A stretch of DNA of 64,000 bases from Minisyncoccota bacterium (GCA_022841985.1 JALHQL010000002.1:4211-68210), one strand, 5' to 3'; shown: positions 36,684 to 47,785, numbered from the stretch's first letter. Numbers and translations are program-made. The notes: generated from the letters alone by a model not told the origin.

Positions 36684-38039
36684 ATGCAAGAACGAACCTT
36701 TATTAGCGACCTCGGCAAGCACGTCGGCGAGACCGTCTCCTTGTCAGGCTGGATAGATGTGCGGCGTGACCAGGGCAAAATGGTCTTTTTTGATTTTCGC
36801 GACCGCAGTGGAAAGGTGCAGGGCGTTGTCCTCCCAGGAAGTCCTGCTATCGATACGGCAAAAGAAATGAGGGTTGAATATGTCGTCCGCGTAGAAGGCA
36901 TTGTGAACAAGCGTCCCGAAAAGAACGTGCAAGCAGGGAAGCAGAATGGTGATATCGAACTCGAAGTAAAAACTATCGAGGTCTTGTCTCATTCAGAAGT
37001 GCTGCCGTTTGAAAAAGAGGCTGAGCTCAATCTCGATACCTACCTCGACAACCTGCCGCTCACGCTCCGTCGACCACATGCTCGCGCAACATTCAAAGTT
37101 CAGACTGAAATCGTGAAGGCATATCGCACCTTCCTGGATAGCGAAAAATTTACTGAATTCCAATCGCCAAAACTCATCGGGGATGATGCTGAGGGTGGGG
37201 CAAATGTATTTTCAGTTCCTTATTTCTACGGCAAAACGGCACACCTTGGCACCTCACCTCAGTTCTACAAACAGATCATGGTCGGCGTCTTTGAGCGCGT
37301 ATACACCATTGGCAACGTCTTCCGGGCAGAGAAACACGCGACCACGCGCCATCTAAACGAATACACGTCGATGGACGCCGAGATGGGATTTATCAAGGAC
37401 CACCATGACATCATGGTTCTCGAAACTCGCCTCATGCGCCACATCACCGAGCACTTACGCAGCACTTGCTCCGAAGAATTCGCCCTTGTCGGAGCGGAAC
37501 TTCCAGCAATCCCTGAGGTCGTACCGACTATGAAGCTACGCGAAGCCCAGGAACTCCTCTTCAAAGAGACTGGCGCTGATAAGCGCACTGAGCCTGATCT
37601 TGGACCAGAAGACGAGCGTTGGCTGTGTGAGTGGGCGAAGAAGGAGAAGGGAAGCGATTTTATATTTATCACGCACTACCCAGTCGACAAACGCCCAATG
37701 TACACCTACGAAGACCCGAACGATCCTGGCTATACAAACAGTTTTGATCTCCTCTTCCGCGGAGTAGAAATCACAACCGGCGGCCAGCGCAGACACGACT
37801 ACCAGAACCTCGTAGACGGTATAAAAATGAAGGGTCTTGACCCGGAAAAATTCTCATACTATCTGCAGGCATTCAAATTTGGCATGCCGCCGCACGGCGG
37901 ATGGGGTATGGGTCTCGAACGGCTCACCCAGAAGATGCTTGGTCTCGCGAACGTAAAAGAAGCGACGCTCTTCCCTCGCGACATCAATCGTATTGATCAA
38001 CTTCTCTCCGGCAAAGCCGCTGACATAGCAGAGGAGTAG
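36684..38039 (+). CDS. aspS: aspartyl-tRNA synthetase (compact archaeal/eukaryal-type class IIb)
   Basis: N-terminal OB fold, SPQFYKQ, motif 2 FRAE, motif 3 GGWGMGLERL. Confidence 0.65.
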   Translation: MQERTFISDLGKHVGETVSLSGWIDVRRDQGKMVFFDFRDRSGKVQGVVLPGSPAIDTAKEMRVEYVVRVEGIVNKRPEKNVQAGKQNGDIELEVKTIEVLSHSEVLPFEKEAELNLDTYLDNLPLTLRRPHARATFKVQTEIVKAYRTFLDSEKFTEFQSPKLIGDDAEGGANVFSVPYFYGKTAHLGTSPQFYKQIMVGVFERVYTIGNVFRAEKHATTRHLNEYTSMDAEMGFIKDHHDIMVLETRLMRHITEHLRSTCSEEFALVGAELPAIPEVVPTMKLREAQELLFKETGADKRTEPDLGPEDERWLCEWAKKEKGSDFIFITHYPVDKRPMYTYEDPNDPGYTNSFDLLFRGVEITTGGQRRHDYQNLVDGIKMKGLDPEKFSYYLQAFKFGMPPHGGWGMGLERLTQKMLGLANVKEATLFPRDINRIDQLLSGKAADIAEE

Positions 38040-38051
38040 CAGAGAGACTTT

Positions 38052-38810
38052 GTGCTTCATAAAACAATGGACTCTGTAACCCAAAAAACCAGATTCTCGA
38101 TAAAAACCGACTCGTATGAGGGTCCATTTGAAGTGCTGCTCGATCTCATTGAGGCGCGCAAACTCTTGGTCAATGAACTCGCACTTGCAAACATCACTGA
38201 GGATTTTATCGCGCATGTCCGAGGACAGGCGACATTTCCAGTCGAAGAGACGGCAAACTTCATACAAATAGCAGCAACGCTTCTTCTTATAAAATCAAAA
38301 TCTCTTGTTCCTGATCTTGAATTGACCGAGGAAGAAAACGCGGACGTTGAGGACTTGAAACGGCGACTGGCAGCCTATGAAAAAGTTCGTATGGCAGCCC
38401 GTGAGCTCTCACGCCTTTTTGGGAAAAGAGTCATGCTGAAAGCAGGGGAGCGCCTTCCAGAAATAACTTTTGCACCCTCTCGAGACCTTTCCGCATCTGC
38501 ACTTGCCGAAGCGCTCGCGCGTATGATTGCTGCTCGTGAAAAAGTAACCGAACTACCTGAGGTACGCGTGAAGCCCTTGGTGACTATCGAAGAGATGATG
38601 GATAGACTCGCGAAGCGTGTTGAGAGAGCGCTCACTCTTTCTTTCAAGGAATTCGCAGGGAACGCAAAAGAAAAAGTAGAAATTATTATTTCTTTTCTCG
38701 CACTCCTTGAGCTCGTAAAGCAGGGTGCGGTTGCCGCTGAGCAATATGACGTCCATGGCGATATACGCATAAGCCACACCGCTCCCACCTCCATCCCACA
38801 CTACGAATAA
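38052..38810 (+). CDS. scpA: segregation and condensation protein A
   Basis: YEGPFEVLLDLIEARKLLVNELALANITEDF is typical ScpA. Confidence 0.8.
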   Translation: MLHKTMDSVTQKTRFSIKTDSYEGPFEVLLDLIEARKLLVNELALANITEDFIAHVRGQATFPVEETANFIQIAATLLLIKSKSLVPDLELTEEENADVEDLKRRLAAYEKVRMAARELSRLFGKRVMLKAGERLPEITFAPSRDLSASALAEALARMIAAREKVTELPEVRVKPLVTIEEMMDRLAKRVERALTLSFKEFAGNAKEKVEIIISFLALLELVKQGAVAAEQYDVHGDIRISHTAPTSIPHYE

Positions 38811-38848
38811 ACACAGCCGTCTTTGACAAAGTGTTGTGAGGATATAGT

Positions 38849-39412
38849 ATGCATTGCATGACTAACCTCATTGCGAAGAAAATTTTTTTTACAAAAGGAG
38901 TCGGAGTGCACAAAGATTATCTCACCTCATTTGAACTAGCTCTTCGAGATGCCGACATTGCGGCATACAATCTCGTAACGGTTTCCAGTATTTTCCCACC
39001 AAACTGCAAACGAATAAGCCGCGAAGAAGGCGTCAAACTTCTTCATCCAGGATCGGTGGTTTTCTGCGTAATGGCGAGATTGGCAACGAACGAGCCTAAT
39101 CGGCTCATCGCCGCTTCTATCGGCTGCGCTCTCCCTCAAGACGCCAACCAGTATGGCTATCTTTCAGAGCATCACCCGTATGGAGAAACTGAAAATAAAG
39201 CTGGCGAATATGCGGAGGATTTGGCCGCAAGCATGCTTGCTACAACTCTTGGTATTGATTTTGATCCTAATACTGCATGGGACGAGCGTGAACAGCAATT
39301 CAAAATGTCTGGGAAAATCGTCAAGACATTCAATTCGACCCAGTCAGCTGTCGGCAATAAGGACGGGCTTTGGACTACGGTCATTGCCTCTGCAGTTTTC
39401 ATTATGGAGTAA
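38849..39412 (+). CDS. pdaD: pyruvoyl-dependent arginine decarboxylase
   Basis: [41 protein letters not shown] matches the PdaD signature including the Ser-Ser cleavage region. Confidence 0.65.
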   Translation: MHCMTNLIAKKIFFTKGVGVHKDYLTSFELALRDADIAAYNLVTVSSIFPPNCKRISREEGVKLLHPGSVVFCVMARLATNEPNRLIAASIGCALPQDANQYGYLSEHHPYGETENKAGEYAEDLAASMLATTLGIDFDPNTAWDEREQQFKMSGKIVKTFNSTQSAVGNKDGLWTTVIASAVFIME

Positions 39413-39484
39413 CGGTGATCAATTCTGAAAACCGTCAAATAAGAACGTTGCCGAGGCAGGGAAGCGTGGGTTATACTCTGAAAG

Positions 39485-40048
39485 ATGCTTACCCCTCCTG
39501 CCACTGTAGAAGCCATACTCTTTGCTTCTGGTGAGTCCATTCGAAAAGAACATCTCGCCACGCTTCTCAGTATCACCGAGACTGAGCTTGAAGCAGTGCT
39601 CAGAGCGCTTTCCGATTCGCTAAAAGGACGCGGTATCGCACTTCTTGAAACCGAAACGGCAGTAGAATTACGCACCTCTCCTGAAGCATTCGATATCATA
39701 AAGAAGCTTCGTGAAAACGAATTCACACGCGATCTTGGTTCGGCTGGTCTTGAGACGTTTGCAGTCATTGCATATCAAGAAGGAGCGACGAGGAGTGACA
39801 TTGACTGGGTACGCGGTGTTAATTCCTCAACGTCGCTCCGAACACTTCTCTTGCGCGGTCTCATTGAAGGAGTAGCCGACCCGCTCGACAAACGACGTAT
39901 TCGGTACAATCTGACGACAGAAGCGCTTGCGCATTTAGGTGTCGCGCGCGCAAGCGAACTTCCTCGCGCCACAGAGCTTAAAGAAACTACGGCTGCAATC
40001 ATTGAGGAAGAAGCTGCGCATGCTGCTGCCGAAGATCTTCCCACATAA
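39485..40048 (+). CDS. scpB: segregation and condensation protein B
   Basis: VEAILFASGESI...LETFAVIAYQ...IEGV winged-helix pair typical of ScpB. Confidence 0.8.
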   Translation: MLTPPATVEAILFASGESIRKEHLATLLSITETELEAVLRALSDSLKGRGIALLETETAVELRTSPEAFDIIKKLRENEFTRDLGSAGLETFAVIAYQEGATRSDIDWVRGVNSSTSLRTLLLRGLIEGVADPLDKRRIRYNLTTEALAHLGVARASELPRATELKETTAAIIEEEAAHAAAEDLPT

Positions 40049-40057
40049 ACTCCTATC

Positions 40058-41005
40058 ATGGACACCGACGAACTTCAAAAATCCGCTCTTCGCACTCGCT
40101 TTATGCGCGAGACTGGTATCGCGCTCTTGCTCGCCTCGAGCATCTTGGCGCTTTCCCTTTTCATAACAATTGAGCCCGGGGAGGCCATTCCTGCGTCAAT
40201 AACCGTAGCAACCTCAACCGCGCCTAACGCATTTGCAGAGATCCCTCTCGAAGCAAGTGCGGCGATCGTCTACGATCTCGCTCTCGGGGAAACCCTGTAT
40301 GCAAAAAACGCCGATGTACAACTCCCGCTCGCTTCGCTCACCAAACTTCTCACTGTCTATGCGGCACTCACTGAACTTGCGCCACATACGCCCATTACTA
40401 TCCCTGCCGAAGCAACAAATCTCGAAGGACCGCACGCCTTTAGGGAGGGGCAGATATTTGCACTTGATGATCTTGCACGTCTTACGCTCGTGGCCTCCCT
40501 TAATGATGGAGCCGCCGCCATCGCACACGCAACCGCTCTTCGTACAAATCGCTCGCAGTATGAGGCACTTGCAAGCGCGGCAGCGGCGCTTAATTTGTCA
40601 CAGACGTATGCCGTCAACGGTCATGGACTCGATATGAGCACCATGGTATCAGGCGGCTACGGCTCCGCGCGCGACCTTGCGCATCTTGCGGGTGCTCTCG
40701 TACAAAGATCTCCACATATCGCGGATGCGACAACTCAGGAATATGCAGAAGCTATCTCAGAAGGCGGCACTGCCTTCAAAGTGAGGAACACTAGTCCGAT
40801 AGTAGCCACTATTCCGGGCCTTATACTTTCAAAAACCGGCTATACTGATCTCGCAGATGGCAATCTCGTACTCGTCTTTGATGTCGGGATTAACCATCCG
40901 ATCGCAGTAGTCGTCCTCGGATCCTCAATGAAAGCCCGTTTTACTGATGGCACTATGCTTGTCGCGGCCACCTTTGCGCACTTAGCAGGAGTCCAATCTT
41001 TATGA
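40058..41005 (+). CDS. D-alanyl-D-alanine carboxypeptidase (peptidase S11)
   Basis: SxxK motif ASLTKLLT after the N-terminal TM; S11-like length. Confidence 0.65.
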   Translation: MDTDELQKSALRTRFMRETGIALLLASSILALSLFITIEPGEAIPASITVATSTAPNAFAEIPLEASAAIVYDLALGETLYAKNADVQLPLASLTKLLTVYAALTELAPHTPITIPAEATNLEGPHAFREGQIFALDDLARLTLVASLNDGAAAIAHATALRTNRSQYEALASAAAALNLSQTYAVNGHGLDMSTMVSGGYGSARDLAHLAGALVQRSPHIADATTQEYAEAISEGGTAFKVRNTSPIVATIPGLILSKTGYTDLADGNLVLVFDVGINHPIAVVVLGSSMKARFTDGTMLVAATFAHLAGVQSL

Positions 41006-42066
41006 TTACTTCAAGTCTCATCAAAATATTTATTCCGGCTACCGCCGCATTTATAATAGGAATTCTTTTGGCTCCACTGCTCACTCACTATCTGTATAAG
41101 TTTCGTGTATGGAAAAAGGTGAGAGGGAAGACAGCTCTTGACGGTTCACACGCCGTCGAATTTGAAAAACTCAGAACAGACACTGAGACATCGACGCCGC
41201 GCATGGGCGGCATCCTCATCTGGATGAGCGTCATATTCGTGACGGTGGGGACATGGGCACTCGCCCAATTTATACCATCGCCTTTGACTGAAAAGCTTGA
41301 TTTCTTAAGCCGCAGTCAGACGTGGATACCACTTTTTACTCTCATTGCCGGGGCCTCTATGGGTTTCGTAAATGACTTACTTGATATTCAGCCGTCAGGC
41401 GAGCGAGGAGTGCGTTTGCGCACGCGACTTCTCTTCGTGACTCTCGTGTCTCTTTTTATTGGGTGGTGGTTTTACGCAAAGCTCGGCGTGACGGCTATCG
41501 GCATTCCCGCCGACGGTACTCTTGAGCTGGGGGTGTTTATTATCCTACTCTTCATATTGATTACACTCGGACTGTATGCGGGAGGCGTTATTGACGGCAT
41601 TGACGGGCTCGCAGGCGGAGTGTTCAGTTCGGCTTTCATGGCATATGCTGGTATCGCTTACTTTCAAGGACAATATGACATCGCAGCTTTTTCAGCGACT
41701 GTGACCGGGGCAATTCTTGCATTTTTATGGTTCAACATCCCTCCGGCGCGTTTTTGGATGACAGAAACCGGCACTATGGGCCTTACCATGACGCTCGCGG
41801 TAATCGCTTTCATGACGGATACGCTTGGAAATGGGTATGGTATCGCCGCACTTCCTATCATCGCATTCCCGCTCGTCATAACTGTCGTCTCAAATATCAT
41901 ACAAATTGCTTCAAAAAAACTGAGAGGGAAGAAAGTGTTCCTCATTGCTCCACTTCACCACCATTTTGAAGCTATCGGTTGGCCGGCATATAAAGTCACG
42001 ATGCGCTATTGGATTCTTTCGATTATTTGTGCCGTCATTGGGATGACTATCGCGCTTCTTAAGTAA
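41002..42066 (+). CDS. mraY: phospho-N-acetylmuramoyl-pentapeptide transferase
   Basis: TPRMGG, VIDGIDGLAGG, polytopic. Confidence 0.9.
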   Translation: MITSSLIKIFIPATAAFIIGILLAPLLTHYLYKFRVWKKVRGKTALDGSHAVEFEKLRTDTETSTPRMGGILIWMSVIFVTVGTWALAQFIPSPLTEKLDFLSRSQTWIPLFTLIAGASMGFVNDLLDIQPSGERGVRLRTRLLFVTLVSLFIGWWFYAKLGVTAIGIPADGTLELGVFIILLFILITLGLYAGGVIDGIDGLAGGVFSSAFMAYAGIAYFQGQYDIAAFSATVTGAILAFLWFNIPPARFWMTETGTMGLTMTLAVIAFMTDTLGNGYGIAALPIIAFPLVITVVSNIIQIASKKLRGKKVFLIAPLHHHFEAIGWPAYKVTMRYWILSIICAVIGMTIALLK

Positions 42067-42067
42067 T

Positions 42068-43165
42068 ATGAAATTCATTTCTGGCGATCGCATTTTTCTT
42101 ATGCTTGTGTGCGGAATTTCGCTTGCTGGCTTTGCTATTTTTGCTTCAGCAGAACTCGGACTGCTCGCTCGTGAAAATAGCTCGATTTCTCGAGACATCA
42201 TGATACAAGGAGGGCTCGGTCTGGGGCTCGGTTTTTTTGCGCTCTTTCTCGCGCGCACAGTTTCGCTTGCGCGCATAAAACACTTTGCACCTCATATATA
42301 TGCAGCAACTATTCTTTTTACCGCGATGGTCTTTCTACCCGATATCGGACTCCGCGCCAATGGTGCAACACGTTGGATTGATCTCGGTTTTACGACCGTA
42401 CAGCCTGCGGAATTTTTGAAGATAGGTTTCGTCATCGTGCTTGCGTGGTGGCTTGCATCCCACGTGGGACAACTCTCAAACCCAAAAAAAGGATTGTTTC
42501 CGTTTATCGCTCTGCTTGCTGTGCCGATTATCCTCCTGCTTGCGCAACCGAATACATCGATGGTACTTCTCATTCTTGGTACGGGCACGGTGATGTATTT
42601 TGCCGCAGGAGCACCGTGGCGCGATTTCGGTATTCTTGCCATCGGCGCTATCTTAGCTCTCACTTTGGTTGTCCTCGCGAGACCTTATGTGCTTGAGCGC
42701 GTTAAAACATTTATCAATCCTTCGGCAAACTCCCTTGGTAGCGGCTATCAAATACAGCAATCTTTGATAGCCATCGGCTCCGGCGGCGTATCTGGCAGAG
42801 GATTCGGTCAAAGTGTAGGGAAATTCAATTATCTGCCAGAACCTACTGGCGACTCCATTTTTGCGGTGTTTGCAGAGGAGACTGGATTTATCGGTGCAAT
42901 GCTCTTACTCATACTCTTCATGGCACTCGCTGCGCGCGGCATCGTGATAGCCGGAAAGTCGCACGACCTCTTCGGCGGATGTATTGCGCTCGGTTTCTCT
43001 TCTCTCATCATCCTGCAGGCTTTTATCAATATCTCAGCGATGCTTGGCCTTATTCCGCTTACTGGCTTACCTCTGCCTTTTATTTCCAACGGAGGGACGG
43101 CGCTTGTCGTTGTGTTAATCATGTGCGGCTTTATCTTGAACGTCGCCGCTCATCGTAAAGTATAA
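42068..43165 (+). CDS. ftsW: SEDS-family peptidoglycan glycosyltransferase FtsW/RodA
   Basis: polytopic; QPAEFLKIGFVI, SGRGFGQS, PEPTGDSIFAV. Confidence 0.85.
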   Translation: MKFISGDRIFLMLVCGISLAGFAIFASAELGLLARENSSISRDIMIQGGLGLGLGFFALFLARTVSLARIKHFAPHIYAATILFTAMVFLPDIGLRANGATRWIDLGFTTVQPAEFLKIGFVIVLAWWLASHVGQLSNPKKGLFPFIALLAVPIILLLAQPNTSMVLLILGTGTVMYFAAGAPWRDFGILAIGAILALTLVVLARPYVLERVKTFINPSANSLGSGYQIQQSLIAIGSGGVSGRGFGQSVGKFNYLPEPTGDSIFAVFAEETGFIGAMLLLILFMALAARGIVIAGKSHDLFGGCIALGFSSLIILQAFINISAMLGLIPLTGLPLPFISNGGTALVVVLIMCGFILNVAAHRKV

Positions 43166-43184
43166 ATCGTGTTATAATTCACGC

Positions 43185-44324
43185 ATGACTATTGTGTTTA
43201 CCGGCGGGGGAACGGGTGGACATTTTTATCCAATTATTGCCATCGCCGAAGCACTTGAGGATATCGTCCGAGAGAAACGCCTCATCGCTCCCATGCTCTA
43301 TTATCTCGCGCCAAACTCATTTGACGAAAAAGCGCTTTTTGAAAACGGCATCACCTATGTCCACATACCGGCAGGGAAAATGCGCCGCTATGCCTCATTC
43401 AGGAATGTAACGGACCTTTTTATCACAGCATTAGGAATTTTTTCCGCGACGATAACACTGTTTCGCTTATATCCAGACGTAGTGGTGAGCAAAGGAGGCT
43501 ACGGCAGCATGCCAACAGTGATTGCCGCACGACTACTTCGCATTCCAGTCATCATCCACGAATCAGACGCAAAGCCCGGCCGCGCAAATCTATTCGCTGC
43601 AAAATTTGCAACGAAAATAGCCATCTCCTTTGAAAGCGCGGCGTCATATTTTCCCAAACGCGTACAGAACAAGATTGCTCGTACCGGTATTCCAATCCGT
43701 AAGGCACTCATGCGAGTAGAGGTAGAGGGCGCGCAACAGTATCTAAAACTTGAAACAGGTATCCCCACAATTCTCGTCCTTGGCGGCTCCCAAGGTGCGA
43801 TGAAGATAAATGAGATGCTGCTCTCGTCTCTCTCGCGCCTTATTTCATTTGCAAATATTATCCATCAAACAGGGCAAGCGCATTTTACAAATGTGCAGGC
43901 AGTCGCTTCTGTCGTACTAGGGAAGGAACCCCATGCGGAACGATATCATCCAGTCGACTATCTCTCCGAAGTGTCGCTGCAAAGAGCTGCTGGCGTTGCC
44001 TCTATCATCGTCGCGCGCGCGGGAGCTAATTCTATCGCTGAAATCGGCCTTTGGAAAAAACCGGCTATCCTTATTCCTATTCCCGAGTCGGTGAGTCATG
44101 ACCAGCGCACTAATGCGTACGCCTATGCAAAAACAGGAGCTGCAGTCGTGCTCGATGAGGAGAATCTTACGCCGCATATTTTAACGTCAGAAATAGAGCG
44201 CATCACCAATGATCCGGAACTCGCCAAGAAAATGGGGGATTCGGCAGAAGGCTTTACCGACCCGGATGCCGCACGCATCCTCGCGACTGAAGTTCTTGCA
44301 ATCGCACTCCCGCACGAATCATGA
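43185..44324 (+). CDS. murG: UDP-GlcNAc:lipid I N-acetylglucosaminyltransferase
   Basis: TGGGTGGHFYP N-terminus, LGGSQGA. Confidence 0.85.
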   Translation: MTIVFTGGGTGGHFYPIIAIAEALEDIVREKRLIAPMLYYLAPNSFDEKALFENGITYVHIPAGKMRRYASFRNVTDLFITALGIFSATITLFRLYPDVVVSKGGYGSMPTVIAARLLRIPVIIHESDAKPGRANLFAAKFATKIAISFESAASYFPKRVQNKIARTGIPIRKALMRVEVEGAQQYLKLETGIPTILVLGGSQGAMKINEMLLSSLSRLISFANIIHQTGQAHFTNVQAVASVVLGKEPHAERYHPVDYLSEVSLQRAAGVASIIVARAGANSIAEIGLWKKPAILIPIPESVSHDQRTNAYAYAKTGAAVVLDEENLTPHILTSEIERITNDPELAKKMGDSAEGFTDPDAARILATEVLAIALPHES

Positions 44325-45763
44325 CCGCTGTTGTTACTCGATTTGCCCCTTCGCCGACCGGCTTTATGCACGTTGGCGGCGTACGTACCGCCCTCTATTC
44401 ATGGCTCTATGCTCGAAAGCATGGCGGGCGATTCATCCTCAGGATTGAGGACACTGATAAAGAACGGGAAGTCGCCGGGGCTATTCCGCACATCATAGAA
44501 TCTCTGGCATGGCTCGGTATCGAGTGGGACGAGGGTATCGATCGTGGTGGCCCACACGCACCTTACCTTCAATCCGAAAGACTTGATCTCTACCGTTCCT
44601 ATGCACATACACTTATCGCCGCCGGACATGCCTACCCCGACCCCTATACGGAGACCGAGGTAGAGGCATTCCGAAAAAAAGCCGAGGAAGAAAAACGACC
44701 ATTTCTTTTTCGTGACCACCGACCAGAAACATCTGATACTTGGGATGGAACAAAACCTTTGCGTTTCCGCGCGCCGAGAATCATACGCTATGAATGGAAC
44801 GATCTTGCTCGTGGCCGACTTGGAGCAGGAGAGGAAGCGGTGGACGACTTTATTCTCATAAAAGGCGACGGTTATCCGACCTATAACTTTGCTCATATTG
44901 TCGACGATATTGAAATGGGGGTAACGCACGTCATGCGTGGAGAGGAGTTTATTTCCTCAACTCCTAAATACCTTTCTCTCTATGAAGCTCTCGGAGTGAC
45001 TCCGCCCGCATTCGTGACCATGCCAGTCATCTTGAGTCCTGATGGCAAAAAGAAGTTGAGTAAGCGTGACGGCGCGAAAGATATCCTTGAGTATCGTAAC
45101 GAAGGGTACCTTCCTGAAGCACTGATGAACTTCCTCGCACTGCTCGGATGGAATCCAGGCACTGAGCAGGAATTTTTTTCAAAGGACGAACTCATACGAA
45201 CTTTCGATTTGAGCCGCATACAAATATCGGGAGCCGGTTTCGATGAGATAAAACTGCTTTCCGTAAATCAGCATTGGATGCGCCAACTTTCACTCGAGAA
45301 CTTCATTGCCCAAGGAGGTTTTTCGACATTCGACATTTCAAAGCTCAAAAAAACCGTTCCGCTTCTTAAGGAGCGTGCACATACATTTGCTGAAGCGCGT
45401 GAGATGCTTTCCGGCGAACTCTCCTGCCTCTTTAGCGAGCCGACACTCGAACGAGATCGTCTTGTGGCAAAAGAGCCGATAGAACGTTCTGGAATGACCT
45501 TGTCTGCCCTAAAAAGCCTTTATGAGGCTATAAAAACCATTCCTGATGGGGTATCTGCAGAAGCTGTAAAAGATGTTCTCATGCCGCTCGCTAACGCTGA
45601 GGAGGCAAAAGGGAAGGGAGGTCGGGGCGCGATGCTCTGGCCTTTACGATACACCCTTTCTGGACAAGAACGGTCCCCTGATCCTTTTACCCTTATCTCA
45701 ATTCTTGGTTCGGATGAAGCGCTTTCGCGCATACGAAAAGCTATTGGTATACTCGAAGGATGA
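44321..45763 (+). CDS. gltX: glutamyl-tRNA synthetase
   Basis: RFAPSPTGFMHVGGVRTALYSW, ILRIEDTD, KLSKRDG. Confidence 0.9.
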   Translation: MTAVVTRFAPSPTGFMHVGGVRTALYSWLYARKHGGRFILRIEDTDKEREVAGAIPHIIESLAWLGIEWDEGIDRGGPHAPYLQSERLDLYRSYAHTLIAAGHAYPDPYTETEVEAFRKKAEEEKRPFLFRDHRPETSDTWDGTKPLRFRAPRIIRYEWNDLARGRLGAGEEAVDDFILIKGDGYPTYNFAHIVDDIEMGVTHVMRGEEFISSTPKYLSLYEALGVTPPAFVTMPVILSPDGKKKLSKRDGAKDILEYRNEGYLPEALMNFLALLGWNPGTEQEFFSKDELIRTFDLSRIQISGAGFDEIKLLSVNQHWMRQLSLENFIAQGGFSTFDISKLKKTVPLLKERAHTFAEAREMLSGELSCLFSEPTLERDRLVAKEPIERSGMTLSALKSLYEAIKTIPDGVSAEAVKDVLMPLANAEEAKGKGGRGAMLWPLRYTLSGQERSPDPFTLISILGSDEALSRIRKAIGILEG

Positions 45764-47106
45764 TGCGCACCGAGTTTTTGCTCTTTCTCTTCATACTTGC
45801 TTTCGGACTCCTTCTCGGAACTCCGAGATATGCGCTTGCCGATGCTGCATCAGATATTCAGGCACAAATTAACGTTAACAAACAACAGCTCAGTGCTCTT
45901 GAAGCAGAAATTGCGATATTCCAACAACAACTTAATGAACTGAGTAAGAAAAAGAATACGCTTCAGTCGACTATCAGCTCCCTAACCCTTTCCCAACAAC
46001 AGCTTGCCACTCAGATAAAAATAACTCAAAACAAAATTGTCTCGGCGAATCTGAAAATCAAAGAACTCTCGCTTTCCATCAGCGACAAAGAATCCTCTAT
46101 CACTGTTGGCCAAGAAGCAATCACCAAAATGCTCCGCACGGTCGCCGCAGACGAAAGAGAGTCGCTTATCACCAAACTGATTTCTTCATCTTCCTTAGGT
46201 GAGGCATGGGAAGCAGTTGATCAGACGATACTATTTAATCGAGCACTCGCCAATAACATCGACCGTTTGCGAACCATACGCACGGAGCTCGCTACGAATC
46301 GCGATCAGGTCACTGCGACAAAAGCAACACTGGTCGCTCTCCAAAACGACCTTACCCTTCAGAAAAGATCCGTCGATGCCAGCAAAGCAACGCAACAACA
46401 ATTACTCTCGCAAACCAAAAATCAAGAGTCAAACTATCAGAAGCTTATCGCACAAAAGCAGGCAGCCGAAAAAGCTTTTGAACAAGAGCTCAGAGACTTG
46501 CAGAGCAGATTGGACATTATCGTGAACCCTAATCTTTTGCCGAAAGTCGGTTCGGGCGTTCTGTCCTGGCCGATGAGTACTGCCTTTATGAACAACTGTA
46601 TGCAGCGGAAAAATGTATTTGGAAATCTTTTCTGTATTACGCAGTATTTCGGCAATACACCGTTCTCAACGGCAAACCCGCAGATCTATAATAATCGTGG
46701 GCATAATGCAATTGATTTTGGTACGCCAATTGGTACGCCGATTCAGGCATCGCTTTCCGGTGTCATCCTCGCCACCGGCGACACCGACAGTACTGCTGGC
46801 TGTATGAACGGTTCTTTTGGGAAATGGGTCATGATCCAGCATTACAATGGGCTCAATACCATGTATGCGCATCTCTCAACCATCGACGTATCAAAAGGAC
46901 AGACGGTTGGAACTGGACAAACAATTGGCTTGTCGGGCATGACAGGCTACGCTACCGGTCCACATCTTCACTTTGGCGTCTATGCGACTGAAGGAACTAA
47001 AATCATGACTCTGCGCCAGGACCGCGGCTCGAAAAAAGGCTGTGCCGATGCGATGATGCCAGTTGCAACTCTTACCGCCTATCTCAATCCGCTTTCGTAT
47101 CTCTAA
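45760..47106 (+). CDS. secreted M23/LytM-domain peptidase with long N-terminal coiled coil (EnvC-like)
   Basis: signal peptide, Gln-rich heptad region, C-terminal HNAIDF...HLHFGV. Confidence 0.75.
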   Translation: MMRTEFLLFLFILAFGLLLGTPRYALADAASDIQAQINVNKQQLSALEAEIAIFQQQLNELSKKKNTLQSTISSLTLSQQQLATQIKITQNKIVSANLKIKELSLSISDKESSITVGQEAITKMLRTVAADERESLITKLISSSSLGEAWEAVDQTILFNRALANNIDRLRTIRTELATNRDQVTATKATLVALQNDLTLQKRSVDASKATQQQLLSQTKNQESNYQKLIAQKQAAEKAFEQELRDLQSRLDIIVNPNLLPKVGSGVLSWPMSTAFMNNCMQRKNVFGNLFCITQYFGNTPFSTANPQIYNNRGHNAIDFGTPIGTPIQASLSGVILATGDTDSTAGCMNGSFGKWVMIQHYNGLNTMYAHLSTIDVSKGQTVGTGQTIGLSGMTGYATGPHLHFGVYATEGTKIMTLRQDRGSKKGCADAMMPVATLTAYLNPLSYL

Positions 47107-47713
47107 AACGCCACAGAAGTAGCGCCGCGTAGGTGCGATATGGTGACCATTTTTCTGCAATGACAAGCAGGGAAGTCCGCGACACATTTTTAGGCAGGCC
47201 ATAGATTGTCTCCATCGCACGAATAAGGCCGAGATCACCCGGCGAGAAAATGTCGTCACGACCGAGCGAATGCATCATGAACATTTCTACCGACCATGGC
47301 CCGAGTCCCCATATCCGTATAAGTTTTTTAACGGCTGTTGCTTCTGGAACTTTTTTTAATGCAAGTAGGTCAAGCGAATTGTCTGTAACCGCTGTGGCAA
47401 TTGCTTTCAATGTCTTTGTCTTTGCACCCGAAAGTCCCGCTTTTCGAAACTCGGTAAGCCGAGTTTCGAAAATTGATTTCGGAGACAATCGACCTCCGCA
47501 CACTCTCTTAACCCGTGCGAAGATAGTATCCGCTGCAGAGGTACCGAGTTGTTGCGAAATGACGATTGATACCAATGACGCAAATAATTCCTGCCGCGTG
47601 CGCTTTGCAGAAAGATGTTCAGGGAGGGAGGCATGCTGAGCTTTCGTCGCTTTATAAAAATGCGGGTCAACGCGCTTAAAGTGCCGTAAAGCTTCTGTCT
47701 TCTTTCTCGTCAT
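47084..47713 (-). CDS. HhH-GPD DNA glycosylase (AlkA / 3-methyladenine glycosylase II-like)
   Basis: LGPWSVEMFMMHSLGRDDIFSPGDLGL helix-hairpin-helix plus catalytic Asp. Confidence 0.65.
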   Translation of the reverse strand: MTRKKTEALRHFKRVDPHFYKATKAQHASLPEHLSAKRTRQELFASLVSIVISQQLGTSAADTIFARVKRVCGGRLSPKSIFETRLTEFRKAGLSGAKTKTLKAIATAVTDNSLDLLALKKVPEATAVKKLIRIWGLGPWSVEMFMMHSLGRDDIFSPGDLGLIRAMETIYGLPKNVSRTSLLVIAEKWSPYRTYAALLLWRFRDTKAD

Positions 47714-47785
47714 GCCAAGATAGTACCATCGGCCTGCTTTTGTGCTGTATACTGTCTGTATCCCATGTATTCCATATTTAAAACC

